Assembly: GCA_944388665.1 (NCBI GenBank)
Contig: CALXJQ010000002.1
Span: forward strand, 1 to 49,535
From: an uncultured Clostridia bacterium
GTDB lineage: Bacteria > Bacillota > Clostridia > TANB77 > CAG-508
Reading direction: 5' to 3'
DNA: 49,535 nt
The position numbers and the translations under genes were made by a program. The first letter of the stretch is position 1. Each line of letters opens with the position of its first letter. Shown piece after piece: positions 48,701 to 49,535 of the stretch. The notes beneath the pieces are model-generated. The model saw nothing but the letters and a program-made list of their open reading frames with translations. It did not search any database and was not told the DNA's origin.

Positions 48701-49168
48701 TTAGTTTACAGTTATCGCTTTTCCTTTTAAAAAGTCTAAAATTTCATCCTTTTCTCCAATCGTAAAGTTGTCTTTATCTAAAAATAGTCCACACTTTTCT
48801 AAAATAATATAGTAAACATCCTGTTCTGTTATAACTTTTTTGATAACTTCATAATCTACTTTTAAAATAATATCTTTTGTTTTTACTTCAAAGAAATCAT
48901 CATAAAACTCATAAATTAGCTTTCCACTTTTTGAAACTATATTGAATCTTTTATATGTATCTCTTACCCCCCATATTGCAAAGCCTATATAAATTATTGC
49001 ATCATATTCTCCTCTTTTTAATAGTATGAATGAACATATTATAATAGTTAGACACATAATTGTTTTTAAAACATCTGTCAATTTGATTCTATGTACTTTA
49101 GCATATTTATCAGTTTTAGTAATTTTTTCTTTTGAGATTATCGTTTCATTTTTAAATAATATTCTCAT
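48701..49168 (-). CDS. YcxB-like two-TM protein
   Basis: AAAGGAG precedes the internal ATG 49168 (MRILFKNETI...). A central TM hairpin (TIMCLTIIICSFILL / AIIYIGFAIWGV) and C-terminal YYIILEKCGLFLDKDNF resemble the YcxB family. Confidence 0.5.
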   Translation of the reverse strand: MRILFKNETIISKEKITKTDKYAKVHRIKLTDVLKTIMCLTIIICSFILLKRGEYDAIIYIGFAIWGVRDTYKRFNIVSKSGKLIYEFYDDFFEVKTKDIILKVDYEVIKKVITEQDVYYIILEKCGLFLDKDNFTIGEKDEILDFLKGKAITVN

Positions 49169-49302
49169 TTTACTCCTTTCCATTCTGCTATATGGTACGC
49201 ACCAATTTTTAACAAAAAATATAGTATTATATGTATATAATTTATTTTTAAGGAGTAATAATACTAACATGAAAACCAAAACATTTAACGGAAACTATAA
49301 CA

Positions 49303-49527
49303 TTGTTCGGCTCTAATATAAAGAAATATCGAGAATTGAAAGGACTTTCTCAAAGGGACTTATCTGACAAATTAATTTTGCTTGGCGTAAACCTATATCA
49401 CTCTGACATTTCCAGAATAGAGTGTAATACACTATTCATAAGAGATTTTGAGCAAAAAGCAATTTGCAAAGTTCTTAATATTAGTTATGAACAATTATTT
49501 GAAAATACTGATAAATATTTTGATTAA
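49303..49527 (+). CDS. XRE-family helix-turn-helix regulator
   Basis: TTG start. NIKKYRELKGLSQRDLSDKL is an HTH_3 motif. Divergent from the YcxB-like gene. Confidence 0.7.
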   Translation: MFGSNIKKYRELKGLSQRDLSDKLILLGVNLYHSDISRIECNTLFIRDFEQKAICKVLNISYEQLFENTDKYFD

Positions 49528-49535
49528 ACAAATAA

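Larger units (their letters stand above)
39326..49535. mobile_element. integrated element, left end at ~39.3-39.4 kb (inside a rhuM-like gene), right end beyond window; carries TA and defence-like cargo
   Basis: The recombinase reads into the truncated rhuM. The cargo includes a resolvase-like gene, MazF, a sigma-r4 protein, type III TA and an Xre regulator. Confidence 0.5.

Overview
The window comes from a very AT-rich, spore-forming Clostridia-type Firmicute. About 1-36 kb is mostly conserved chromosome: fba, smpB, uvrB, murD, guaA, secA, prfB with its +1 frameshift, yabP-yabQ-divIC, rho, csoR-copA-copZ, a CDF transporter, TspO, YtvI, and an LPXTG-anchored papain-like surface protease. It carries small oddities: a large serine recombinase abutting a 5'-truncated peroxiredoxin gene, two inverted copies of a ~220-250 nt hairpin element bracketing fba, a ~60 nt intergenic repeat in two copies, two G/C-richer orphan genes, and a frameshifted aspartokinase. 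From ~36.5 kb to the window end the sequence is accessory. It starts with a decayed islet (HD-domain pseudogene, frameshifted small gene, MazG-like NTP pyrophosphohydrolase, N-terminally truncated RhuM/Fic). A second, frameshifted large serine recombinase then reads into the truncated rhuM-like gene, marking the left end of an integrated element. That element's cargo is the most interesting part. (i) A small TM peptide, a MazF-like toxin with a C-terminal extension and a catalytically degenerate resolvase-domain protein. (ii) A sigma-70 region-4-only protein followed by a G/C-elevated non-coding stretch. (iii) A Spo0A paralogue with a degenerate receiver. (iv) Convergent with it, a viperin-like radical SAM enzyme fused to a Spo0A-type pseudo-receiver. 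(v) A LysR regulator. (vi) A complete type III toxin-antitoxin locus (consensus promoter, three 36-nt tandem repeats, terminator, ToxN/AbiQ toxin) whose toxin carries a C-terminal CYTH-like domain. I recognise neither fusion as a described system. No rRNA, tRNA, tmRNA or CRISPR array was seen. All homology calls come from reading motifs in the translations, not from searches.
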